A stretch of DNA of 64,000 bases, taken from the NCBI RefSeq assembly GCF_036588685.1, contig NC_086379.1:62310001-62374000 (forward strand), in the 5' to 3' direction. The notes under the pieces are model-generated. The model was given only the letters and a program-made list of their open reading frames with translations. It ran no database searches and was not told where the DNA came from. How positions within the stretch are numbered: position 1 is the first letter of the stretch; each line of letters begins with the position of its first letter. Made by a program: the position numbers and the translations under genes. The stretch is from Mytilus trossulus. Lineage: Eukaryota. Positions 36,397 through 48,514 of the stretch are shown one piece after another.

Positions 36397-37680
36397 ATGG
36401 TTGCAAAATTAATTGTTTTCCTCCAAATCTTCACATATTTTGGATTAGCGGGATCAAAAGACTTGGGTGAACTGAAGGACTTGTTATACTTGTCACATTA
36501 TGGTCCTGACAATCCGTACGACTCAAGGATATTTCCATGCCACTTTGAGTACTGTCTTGTTGGAGTAGAACTAAGTTTCCAACCGAAGTCGATCACAGGA
36601 TTTGTTATGGAGACTGGGATTCTATCGCTGACTGGTAAAATATCTTTATCATGGGTTGATCAAAACATCGGAGAATGGATGATTGGTTCCGAGCATAGCA
36701 GCATTACGGAAATGATTTTACCGGAAGATTATCTATGGCTTCCTACAATAACTGTTTACAATACGGTGAAGGAATTCAAAATGATAAGTGATCCAAGTCA
36801 TAAAGTACGAATTTTGCCTATAGCAGGTACCGGAACTCAGTCCCCAATTGAATGGGTGACAACCCTTATAACAGATATACCATGCGTTATAAATGCTAAA
36901 TATTATCCGTTTGATGAACAGACATGCGAAATAGTTTTCACACCATGGGGTTATAACGTTTCGGAAGTATATCTTTACACAGCAGATGACGTGTTGAATA
37001 CCGCTCAATACGAAGTAAACGAAGAATGGACTATGCAAGCTGGAGCTGCATCTAACTATTCTGTTGATGGAATTTCGTACCTTAAATATGAGTTTAAACT
37101 TAAAAGGAAATATTTATGGTTCTTTATAAATATGGTAGCACCAATCATTCTACTAAGTATGTTGACAGCTTTTGTCAACATGATTCCTGTTGATTGTGGC
37201 GAAAGACTGACATTTCTTCTGACCATATTTCTTGGACTTGCTTTTTATATGGACATGGTGCAAAGAACAATACCGCGAACATCAAATCCAATGCCTTTTA
37301 TTTCATTCTATCTAACAGGTATGGTTTACCTCAATTCGTTTGCTATCATAATCAACATCTTCCTTATGAGGATTTACAACAAGGACCCCGATTCAACTGT
37401 TCCCGTGGCCGTTCGATGTTTCATTGCAACACTAACTTGGCGATGGTGCTGTCCCAAAAAAGTCAAACCGGATCCGGATGCTATCCAGCCAATCGAAACG
37501 GACAAGGAACACACCAGTCCAGTAGAAACAATCACTCTAGCACCTATGGAGAGAATAGACTGGCGAACAACAGGAATAGCATTAGACATTCTTTTCTTCT
37601 ACGTGTTTACTTTTATGCATGTTCTTTGTTCAATACTTTTTCTAGTGCCACTTTCGCAAGGGGCAATTTACAATATTTAG
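36397..37680 (+). CDS. Cys-loop ligand-gated ion channel subunit 8 (nAChR-like, non-alpha), single coding exon, 427 aa
   Basis: Signal peptide; WLPTITVYN; CVINAKYYPFDEQTC; PWGY; M2 DCGERLTFLLTIFL; WRTTGIALD. Confidence 0.96.
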   Translation: MVAKLIVFLQIFTYFGLAGSKDLGELKDLLYLSHYGPDNPYDSRIFPCHFEYCLVGVELSFQPKSITGFVMETGILSLTGKISLSWVDQNIGEWMIGSEHSSITEMILPEDYLWLPTITVYNTVKEFKMISDPSHKVRILPIAGTGTQSPIEWVTTLITDIPCVINAKYYPFDEQTCEIVFTPWGYNVSEVYLYTADDVLNTAQYEVNEEWTMQAGAASNYSVDGISYLKYEFKLKRKYLWFFINMVAPIILLSMLTAFVNMIPVDCGERLTFLLTIFLGLAFYMDMVQRTIPRTSNPMPFISFYLTGMVYLNSFAIIINIFLMRIYNKDPDSTVPVAVRCFIATLTWRWCCPKKVKPDPDAIQPIETDKEHTSPVETITLAPMERIDWRTTGIALDILFFYVFTFMHVLCSILFLVPLSQGAIYNI

Positions 37681-38344
37681 TGGATACTTTTTAAAATCTT
37701 TTAAGTTAGAACGACATCAAACTTAATCGAAGTATGGGGTGGGTTATGCAATTGGACTGTATAACATGAAAGAAAAGTATTTAGATCTTTGTTTTTCCTT
37801 TATTTTTATGATTCAAACATTATCTTTCGACAAGGAAGCTATTTATTTTTTCAGGGGAAGAGTACTAGTTTTTCATGTTTTTTTTTAATCTTATTATCTT
37901 AATACAATTTTAAATCGATCAATGGTATTGTTGCTGTCGACCTTATATAACCATAATAATGATGGAAGTTTTAGTAGCAAGCTATTTTAAAAGGTGAATG
38001 AAGCAATATTTGACATATTGAAGTTATCAGTAGGTAAATTTCGTCAATAGGCCAACACATTCTAACAACCTAATAGAACACATACAACAGTTATCTTGAC
38101 GATAATTTTACTTTTAACAAAACAATCCAGAATTCTATAACATTACTGTTGATATTTATCAAGAAGAATACTTTAAATAATATGATATTTACAGCAATAC
38201 GTTCCATTTTATTTCCTTAACATTAAGAAAAGAGACATTTTCGTTCCCAATTGTGAATTTTCCTCAAGCCTGTTCGTACGCTCGTTCGTATTTTCTGTGT
38301 CTGTAGTAACGTTTTAGATTTTAATGTTTTGGAACCTTATTGCA

Positions 38345-39555
38345 AGGGGACATCTACATAAAGGCAACATTAGTATACCGCTGTTTGAAATTCATAAATC
38401 GATTGAGAAAAAAAACCTAAATCCGGGTAACAAACTAAAACTGAGGAAATCATCAAATATAAGAGGAGAACTACGACACAACAGAAGCACAACTCTAAAA
38501 TGTAGCACACACAGAAACGAACTATAATATAACAATGGCCATTTTCTTAACTTGGTAGAGGACCTTATTAGAAAAAAAATATGGTGAGTTGAACCCGGTT
38601 TTCTGGCTAGCCAAACCTCCCGCTTTATGGCTATGTAAAATATAACATTAAAATGGCAACATTACATGACAGGACTGCAATACAAATAAATGGGAGAACA
38701 AATAGAACAAAGAAACACACAGATAAAAGCTATCAAAAGGTACCAATCCTTTTTTTCTGTTGTTAGTATTGATAGAGATGGTAAACTTAGATTCGGTCAC
38801 ATTCTGTTTGTGCATATCTTAAGTAACGATTACGGTTTAATTAAAATCATGTGGTTGTTGTTGTTGGTGGCTGTTCGTGATAAATTTTGTTATAAATACT
38901 TATTAACCACAAATCAAGCCGTGAATTAAAGTTTCCCCTTTTTAATTAGTTATCAATGGGGGCGTTTTGAAGCTTTCTATACATATAGGATTTTTATAAC
39001 TGTTTGAGGCCATGCGGTGACATGTAATCGTTCACATACTTGACTTGTGATCTAATAATAAAAGTTTAAACTAATAGAAAGAATATGCATACCGTCAAAA
39101 CACAAAACTGGACAGAAAACGTTTTATAAAAGACTTTGCTATTTTGATGTCTAATAATGCTAAACACTTCATGTGTAATTGTAAAGTGATCTTTGCTAAC
39201 ACACCTGTATGGTCGTTATGTAATGTAGTTCTGTCATGTAATGTTGACATTTGAGTCTTATTTTAACATTGCAATAAAATTGGGAGGTTTGGCTAGCCAC
39301 AAAACCAGGTTCAACCACAATTGTTTTCTTAAAATGTCCTGTTCCAAGTCAGGAAAATGGCAATTGTTATCTTGTAGTTCGTTTCTGTGTGTTTGTTGTA
39401 TTGTCGTGTGGCTTTTGTTGCACTTTAGTGTTTCTGTTGTTTCGTTGTTTCCTCTTGAATTTGATATGTTTCCCTCAGTTTTAGTCTGTAACCCGGATTT
39501 TTCTTCTCTCATTTGATTTATGACTTTGGAACAGCGATATACTAATTGCCTTTAA
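38345..39555. repeat. Two inversely oriented copies of repeat family C (38345-38745 +, 39205-39555 -)
   Basis: AATCCGGGTAACAAACTAAAACTGAGG at about 38420 versus CCTCAGTTTTAGTCTGTAACCCGGATT at about 39473; GGCTAGCCAAACCTCCC versus GGGAGGTTTGGCTAGCC. Confidence 0.78.
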
Positions 39556-41389
39556 TTATGTAGGCTACTTTCAACGGATGGAAACTGTGATTGAGGTCAG
39601 CAGAGTAGACTGCCTGTAATATTTTGATAAATAAGTTCGGCGCTTTTCCAAAAAATATTGTTCCATATTGCGTTAAAAAATTGTATCTAAATCCTGCTTT
39701 GGGGCCAAAAATAAACCAAACCAACTTTGATTTATTATGATTTTGTAAAAACGTGGAAAAAGTAAAATCACAAAAATACTGAACTAACTTCAAAACGAAT
39801 AGTCCCTAACCAAATGGCAAAAATGAATGGATAACAACTATCATATTCCTGACTTGGAACAGACATTTTCCTATGTAAAAAATGGTGGACTAAACCTGGT
39901 TTTAAAGCTAGTAAAACCTCTAACGTGTATGACAGTCGAATCAAATTCCATGTATTGACAACGACGTGTGAACATAGCAAACCGACACAATAGGTAAAAA
40001 TGTCATAAATAGGGGAAAAAAAGCAACACAAACTCTTGGTGATCTCAGGAAGAGTAAGCAGATCCCGCGACAGTCGTGTTGCTCTTTTTATTACAACGCC
40101 GGTAAATAGTCTTAAATCGATAGGTCACGTTCGTAAAAAGGAAACGGGATTGTTTCTTTTCTACAACAAAAAATTGACTTTAAGATCCTTGCTAAATCTG
40201 TCCTTTAGATGATAACTAAAACAAGGCTTAATATCCAATGAATAGACAAACAATGTAGTGTAAACATTCAAATCTTGGGTTAAGGGGAATAAGCGAAATG
40301 TCAAACAAAAAAAATATTTTAACAAAATCCTGTGGTGTCATCATGTATCACGTTTGGTCATTAAAGATCATTAAAGGTTTTAAAACAATTACATATATTC
40401 ATAGATATGAATCAACTTCGGCTTTTAACTTGTTAAGAACAAAAAAGAGTGACTGTTATCATTAAAGAAGTATGCGAACGTTAGACATTTAATTAAACGT
40501 ACTCATTATGACCACACGTGGACGCGTATTCATACATCCTACAAAACAAAACAGTCGCCTTCTCTTGCATAGGTTTTACTGCCTGATAAGAGAAGTCCAG
40601 TTAAAACATGTAACAATACTATAATCTAGTCAATATTTATGATTTACAAAGTGTTGTGAACATAACTGTTGGTCTTTTCACTACGGTATAGATCTCTTTT
40701 TCGTATGTATTCTATGCATCCTTCTCCATTTTTATAATCTTTGTGTTTTATTCATGACGAAACAATTATTGTTACTGGAAATTTTTTGTTGTCAAGATCA
40801 CAACCGGCATCTGGAATTTGTGTACTTTGAAAATACAAAAGCGTGGCGTATCAATTGAGATATGCAAACATTATACTATATCGGTCAAAAAGAAATGTTA
40901 CTGCAGAGAAATAGGATAACAGAAATTATCACGTTAGATTTTAACGTGTTGTCGTCCATTTGTGTCCAAATCAAGGATAAGACCAATAGAAAGCAGAGAT
41001 TCAAGTATGAGAAGCGTCTTCAATTTCGGGTTCCCTTTTATATATTAGATACAAGATCACCATAATATGTAGGTTGACCTGGCAACATGGATCTATCCGA
41101 AGGGATTAAAAGACTTGAACAATACATAATTATATGTCTTTAAGAACACTTTGTATAAATACTGTTCATGTAATTTGAAAACAATTCGATCAGTAGAGGT
41201 GTACAGTTAGTATCCATTGAAAAAAAAATCACTTTTATTGCACCAAATAAATTTAGATGCATTTTAAGAAATTGACGTTTATGCAACTTCTGACGTATCA
41301 ATCAAACTTTTTTCTTAAATAATCCTGATTATACAAATAACCCAAAAGTGAGACCAGATCTGCAGTCATTTAGCTTATATTAAATAAGC

Positions 41390-44300
41390 ACTAATCATCC
41401 TAATGCAGACCAAAACAACATCGATCACCTAAAAATCAAGCCAGAATAACAACCAGTCTCCATAAACTATGACAAAACAACAACAATCAATTATAAATAA
41501 GATCAGAATCCCAACCAATCATCCAACATTAGACCAGAACAAACAATCGATCATCCATGTTCAGACCATATCAACAACCAATCATCCTGAATCTGATAAG
41601 AACAACAACCAATCATCCTGAATCTGATAAGAACAACAACCAATCATTCCAAATAAGACCAGCACATCAACCAATCATCATGGTTCTGATCAGAACAACA
41701 ACCAACTATCCTGAAGCTGAACAGAGCAAAACCAATCATCATGAATCTGATCAGAACAACAATCAATCATCGTAAAGCAGATCAAAACAACAACCATTCA
41801 TCCTAAATTAGTTCAGAGCAACAACAAATCATCCTGCATCTAGATGGAACAAAAAAAACCCATCTGAAATAAGATTAGAGCAACAACCAATCTTCTTATA
41901 TCTAAACAGAACAAAAACCTACCATCTTAAATTACATCAGATAAACAACTAATCATCTTATATCTGAACAGAACAACAACCAATCATCTTGTATCTGATC
42001 AGAACAACAACCAATCATAGTATATCTGAACAGAACAACAGCCAATCATCTTGTATCTGATCAGAACAACAACCATTCATCTAATATCTGATCAGAACAA
42101 CAACCAATCATCTTATATCTAATCAGAACAATAACCAATCAATTTGTATCTGATCAGAACAACATCGAATCATCGTGTATCTGAACAGAACAAAAAACCT
42201 ACCATCTTAAATTAGATCAGAACAACCAATCATCTTATATCTGAACAGAACAACATCCAATCATATTATATCTGATCAGAACAAGCACCAATCATCTTAT
42301 ATCTGAACAACAACCAATCATCTTGTATCTGATCAGAACAACAACCAATCATCTTATATCTGAACAACAACCAATCATCTTGTATCTGATCAGAACAACA
42401 ATCAATCATCTTGTATCTAATCAGAACAATAAGCAATCATCTTGTATCTGATCAGAACAAAATCCAATCATCTTTTATCTGAACAGAACAAAAACCTACC
42501 ATCTTAAATTAGATCAGAACAACCAATCATCTTATATCTGAACAGAACAACAACCAATAATCTTATATCTGATCAGAACAACAACCAGTCATCTTGTATC
42601 TGATCAAAACAACAACCAATCATCTTATATCTGATCAGAACAACAAACAATCATCTTGTATCTGATCAGAACAACAACCAATTATCTTGTATCTGAACAG
42701 AACAAAAACCTACCATCTTAAATTAGATCAGAACAACTAATCATTTTATATCTGAACAGAACAACAACCAATCATCTTATATCTGAACAGAACAACAACC
42801 AATCATCTTGTATCTGATCAGAACACCAACAAATCATCTTGTATCTGAACAGAACAAAAACCTACCATCTTAAATTAGATCAGAACAACCAATCATCTTG
42901 TATCTGAACAGAACAACAAATCATCTCATATCTGAACAGAACAACAACCAATCATTTTATATATGAACAGAACAACAACCAATCATCTTGTATCTGATCA
43001 GAACAAAATCCAATCATCTTGTATCTGAACAGAACAAAAACCTACCATCTAAAATAAGATCAGAACAACCAATCATCTTATATCTAAACAGAACAACAAC
43101 CAATCATCTTATATCTGACAGAAGAACAACCAATCATCTTATATCTGATCAGAACAACAACCAATCATCTAAAAATCTGATCAGAATAACAACCAATCAT
43201 CTTGTATATGATCAGAACAACAACCAATCATCTTGTATCTGATCAGAACAAGCACCAATCATCTTATATCTGAACAACAACCAATCATCTTGTATCTGAT
43301 CAGAACAACAACCAATCATCTTATATCTGAACAACAACCAATCATCTTGTATCTGATCAGAACAACAATCAATCATCTTGTATCTAATCAGAACAATAAG
43401 CAATCATCTTGTATCTGATCAGAACAAAATCCAATCATCTTTTATCTGAACAGAACAAAAACCTACCATCTTCAATTAGATCAGAACAACCAATCATCTT
43501 ATATCTGAACAGAACAACAACCAATAATCTTATATCTGATCAGAACAACAACCAGTCATCTTGTATCTGATCAAAACAACAACCAATCATCTTATATCTG
43601 ATCAGAACAACAAACAATCATCTTGTATCTGATCAGAACAACAACCAATTATCTTGTATCTGAACAGAACAAAAACCTACCATCTTAAATTAGATCAGAA
43701 CAACTAATCATTTTATATCTGAACAGAACAACAACCAATCATCTTATATCTGAACAGAACAACAACCAATCATCTTGTATCTGATCAGAACACCAACAAA
43801 TCATCTTGTATCTGAACAGAACAAAAACCTACCATCTTAAATTAGATCAGAACAACCAATCATCTTGTATCTGAACAGAACAACAAATCATCTCATATCT
43901 GAACAGAACAACAACCAATCATTTTATATATGAACAGAACAACAACCAATCATCTTGTATCTGATCAGAACAAAATCCAATCATCTTGTATCTGAACAGA
44001 ACAAAAACCTACCATCTAAAATAAGATCAGAACAACCAATCATCTTATATCTAAACAGAACAACAACCAATCATCTTATATCTGACAGAAGAACAACCAA
44101 TCATCTTATATCTGATCAGAACAACAACCAATCATCTAAAAATCTGATCAGAATAACAACCAATCATCTTGTATATGATCAGAACAACAACCAATCATCT
44201 TGTATCTGATCAGAACAACAACCAATCATCTTGTATCTGAACTGAACAAAAACCTACCATCTTCAATTAGATCAGAACAACAAATCATTTTATATCTGAA

Positions 44301-45160
44301 CAGAACAACAACCAATCATCTTGTATCTGATCAGAACAAAATCCAATCATCTTGTATCTGAACAGAACAAAAACCTACCATCTTAAATTAGATCAGAACA
44401 ACCAATCATCTTATATCTAAACAGAACAACAACCAATCATCTTATGTCTGACAGAAGAACAACCAATCATCTTATATCTGATCAGAACAACAACCAATCA
44501 TCTAAAAATCTGATCAGAATAACAACCAATCATCTTGTATCTGATCAGAACAACAACCAATCATCTTGTATCTGAACAGAACAAAAACCTACCATCTTTA
44601 ATTAGATCAGAACAACTAATCATCGTATATCTGATCAGAACAACAACCAATCATCTAAAAATCTGATCAGAACAACATCCAATCATCTTGTAATTGATCA
44701 GAACAAAAACCAATCATCTTGTATCTGAACAGAACAAAAACCTACCATCTTAAATTAGATCAGAACAAACAATCATCTTATATCTGAACAGAACAACAAC
44801 CAATCATTTTATATTTGAACAGAACAACAACCAATCATCTTGTATCTGATCAGAACAACCAATCATCTTATATCTGAACAGAACAACAACCTACCATCTT
44901 CAGTTAGGTCAGAACAACCAATCATCTTATATCTGAACAGAACAACAAACAATCATATTATATCTGATCAGTACAACAACCAATCATGTTATATCTGATC
45001 AGAACAACAACGAATCATCTTGTATCTGATCAGAACAAGCACCAACTATCCTACATCAGACCAGAATAGCTTATCATCCTATATCAGTCAAGAACATCAA
45101 CCAATCATTTTGAATCTTGTCAATACAACAACCTTTCATCCTCAATAAGATCAGAACAGC
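41390..45160. repeat. Satellite array, ~31-bp unit TCTGATCAGAACAACAACCAATCATCTTGTA with variants
   Basis: Tandem copies with degenerate edges; palindrome TCTGATCAGA in many units; near-exact 967-bp internal duplication. Confidence 0.96.
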
Positions 45161-45558
45161 ATTAATAAGATGGCATACACAAATATTTATTTTATTGTTG
45201 TTTCTTTTAATCTCTGCATTTATAACTTTCCAGATAGTATAGTTATAATTTCATTCAACTTAACTCGTTATGATTATTCGATAAACTCTCAGAAAAACAA
45301 TTCTCATCTTTATTAACAATTATAACAAGGTTATATCATACATTTGTCAACAATAAAATATCTGAAATAAATGTCAAATTTCTCAACAGTTTCATGCCAT
45401 TGAATATCACTTTACAGATGCCCTTTTTGTCTTTCATTTATTAGACAAGTCACGTGTCTTCTTTTGACATCATCTGATCAATTCAATCAATCAACATATT
45501 ATAAAATGATATGATGAGTTATTTCGCACTTTTTAAAATTAAATGATTGTCGAACATG

Positions 45559-45911
45559 TCATTGAACTGCAATTGAAGCAGGTGACACTTGATCACACTC
45601 AATACGCGTGCGCAGCGAATGCCACTGCGCAACTGGAGACCTCTGTGAGTTTAACATACGTTTCCAGTGAGTGTATTCATGAGGTCCTGTCCCGTATTTT
45701 CCTAAAGAAATACGACCTACAAAATCGTCCTTTGTTTTAGAGTTGTGATCCCAGACAGTTATAACAACAGTTGTGTTTTCTAGCTGTTGTTGTGTCACGT
45801 TAAAACTGACAGATTCATTGAATATCGGATCAATGGTATTCTTTTTACAGGATGTCTTCTTCGTCTTGATTGGCTTTTCAAAGTGCACCAAGGTAATTTT
45901 GACAATTGGAT
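45559..45911 (-). CDS. SYT17: Synaptotagmin-17 last coding exon (C2B domain, C-terminus)
   Basis: Acceptor tttttcAG|AT (phase 1); DPIVKITL..KTKKTS..IDPIFNESVSF..HWKRMLNSQRSPVAQWHSLRTRIECDQVSPASIAVQ matches the SYT17 C-terminus as I recall it. Confidence 0.93.
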
Positions 45912-46541
45912 CTGAAAAAATACACACAAATGAATTAAATTTATTTTCGGTTTTATGTTGACGTCAAAGAGTTATATGCACATTTGGAAAATGATGGCGT
46001 CACAGTAATGAAATGCTAAAACTATTCTTTTATTAAGCATTTTGTCCAATAAGGCTGTTATCTTTCATCTTTTTCTCTTTTGTTTGTCTGAATTTTTATT
46101 CAACAAACAAGTTTGTTTATGGTTGATGTTTAATGATATTGTGGTGGTCAAAATCTTTAGAAATCGTTCGCACTGCCTTTCTTGCAACGCAAAAAGAAAA
46201 CACATAATCGATCTTGGGGAAAACAGCTTTAAATCAGAGATTCAACTAAAGTTTTTCAAATTGATGATCAGCCATACTTTTGCACTTGTACTTAACCTAT
46301 GAAAAAGTGCTTCCAAATGATTTATAAAACAAATCCATGTAAGAGTACAGAAAATTAATATATATTTTTCATCACAAAAGGAAAAATTATATGAGTATTT
46401 GTTGAAAATAATTGAATAAAATATGATCTAAAACGTTGGCAGATTGCCATCGTCATTGTAAGTTTTATAACATTGTAACACAGGGTTTTTAAGGTAAACT
46501 GCTGCAAGAAGAAATTTTGCAAAAAACAAAATGACTTCTCT

Positions 46542-46716
46542 CGCACCCGGAGGCGTCCTTCAACTGGCCCCTAAACAAATATATATACTAGTTCAGTGAT
46601 AATGAACGCCATACTAAACTCCAAATTGTATACAAGAAACTAAAAATTAAAATAATACAAGACTAACAAAGGCCAGAGGCTCCTGACTTGGGACAGGCGA
46701 AAAAAGGCGGCGGGGT
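46542..46716 (-). repeat. Interspersed SINE-like repeat, family A (fragment)
   Basis: CGCACCCGGAGGCGTCCTTCAACTGGCCCCTAAACAAAT...AATGAACGCCATACT shared with 59575-59810, 62446-62632 and 56978-57120. Confidence 0.8.
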
Positions 46717-47220
46717 TCAGACTGTCACGATGATAACACCTAGTGTTTCAAAGCATACATATATACCATCAATAGTATGTCAGACTGTATAAACACAAGT
46801 TTATGCCCGAGTGAATACCATTGAAGGCATGTCATACTGTATTATACCAGGATATGTCGGAGTGTATAACATCCAGGATATGCCATATTGTATATCTTCA
46901 ATGATATGTGACATATTGTATAACATCCACATTGCACAAAAACCATAACAACACGACATTAAGGGTATGTCCCTAATTGTCACTAATTAAATAACAGCTA
47001 GACTGTATGCTGGATATATCAGACTATGTCAGCGCATACGCTTAAGGTAAAAAAAAAAAGCGCTTTGGACATGCAACATTATTTTTTGACTTAGTTTCGT
47101 TCATTTACTGGTATGTTTAAATCATGGTTGTATTTAACATTACTATTGTTTACTATTTATTTATAAACTCTTTGTATCTGCAGTTGCCATATATACAGTA
47201 TTTACAATGTTTTTACCCAC

Positions 47221-47341
47221 CTGAACCTCCTATCATATCTGTTTGTATAAGTTGTTTGGCTTTGATGATGTCAACATTCAAACGTCCAGCACTAGGTAAA
47301 TAGTTCAGAGATAACAAAATCTCACCTAAATCCATTCTTTC
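47221..47341 (-). CDS. SYT17: Synaptotagmin-17 internal exon (start of C2B); not in the ORF track
   Basis: Acceptor ttgttatAG|GAA and donor G|GTGGGT; 121 nt encoding ERMDLGEILLSLNYLPSAGRLNVDIIKAKQLIQTDMIGGS(D); phases fit both neighbours. Confidence 0.93.
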
Positions 47342-47864
47342 CTATAACAAAAAACAACAACATTACAGTTGAATTTTCTGTGATTTTCCTTTTTTGCCGG
47401 CTAAGTTTGTAGTATAATATCTAAATAAGAGGACCTGTTTGTTGCATTGCTGTCTATTATGTATTTGTAAAATAACTTTTCCACGGGAACTTTTCTAACA
47501 TGAATCATTTCTATGGGTAAAAAAGATAGTTACACATTTTGTCTTTTCTTGGTATTTGATGTTATATCTGTTACAAAATCCCAATCGATTGTATTATTTT
47601 GTAATTTAATGTCTTCGTTTTTTTAGGGTTCTGTTTTTCTTCTGCTTATGATTTTTGATTGCCCCTTAGTGCCATTTTATTCAAAATATAATTCCAGTAT
47701 CTTTTTTATTATAGCTGAAACTGAATATACATTATTCCTTGAAAGCATGTATTGATAAACGGAAAAGGTTGCAAAGTCTAAATGAATTAAACTGTTAACC
47801 TTCCACATGTTTAACTGTAAATGGGTTAATCTGGGATTTTATTATTTTTAATCATTAGGCGAAT

Positions 47865-48040
47865 ACGTACAAACAGAGTTGAGGATATCACGTACAAACA
47901 GAGTTGAGGATATCACGTACAAACAGAGTTGAGGATATCACGTACAAACAGAGTTGAGGATATCACGTACAAACAGAGTTGATGATATCACGTACAAACA
48001 GAGTTGATGATATCACGTACAAACAGAGTTGATGATATCA
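47865..48040. repeat. Minisatellite, 25-bp unit ACGTACAAACAGAGTTGAGGATATC, 7 copies
   Basis: Near-perfect tandem copies; last three carry GAT for GAG. Confidence 0.95.
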
Positions 48041-48255
48041 AGGAGTCGTAACTCATTGTTGTGCATTCAAGACTGTCACCAAAAAAGATGTCTATAGAGT
48101 AAACACAACTTCTTGCTTTGTTAGCTTTACCATGTATACTTTGAAAAAAGAGGTAACTGTTTCTTACACGGAATCAATGGGTTATTGCGTATTTTGGTTA
48201 AAATGAAGAATTGATCAGCGCTTTTATTGGCCTGTATATCCGAGGATTTCTTATC

Positions 48256-48514
48256 GTCGAGTTGCAAGTTGCGAGTTAAAAAAAGTCGAGTTGCGAGTTA
48301 TAAAAGTCGAGTTTCGAGTTAAGAAAGTCGAGTTGCAAGTTAAGAAAGTCGAGTTGCGAGTTAAAAAAGTCGAGTTGCGAGTTACAAAAGTCGAGTTGCG
48401 AGTTACGAAAGTCGAGTTGCGAGTTACGAAAGTCGAGTTGCGAGCTACAAAAGTCGAATTGCGAGTTACAAAAGTCGAGTTGCGAGTTACGAAAGTCGAG
48501 TTGCGAGTTACAAA
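48256..48514 (+). repeat. 21-bp tandem array GTCGAGTTGCGAGTTACAAAA (left arm of a foldback-like element)
   Basis: About 12 copies; the reverse-complement array occurs at 49247-49372 and 51103-51392. Confidence 0.9.

Noticed and set aside
1758-37680. Assigning CHRNA/CHRNB gene symbols to the channel genes
   Set aside because: No vicinal cysteines and too divergent for orthology to any named subunit.
11306-37694. Short antisense or alternative-frame ORFs overlapping the channel genes
   Set aside because: Shadows of real coding sequence with no independent features.
41557-44209. Repetitive ORFs (LIRTTTNHL, QNNNQSS)
   Set aside because: Translations of the 31-bp satellite with frames shifting each unit.
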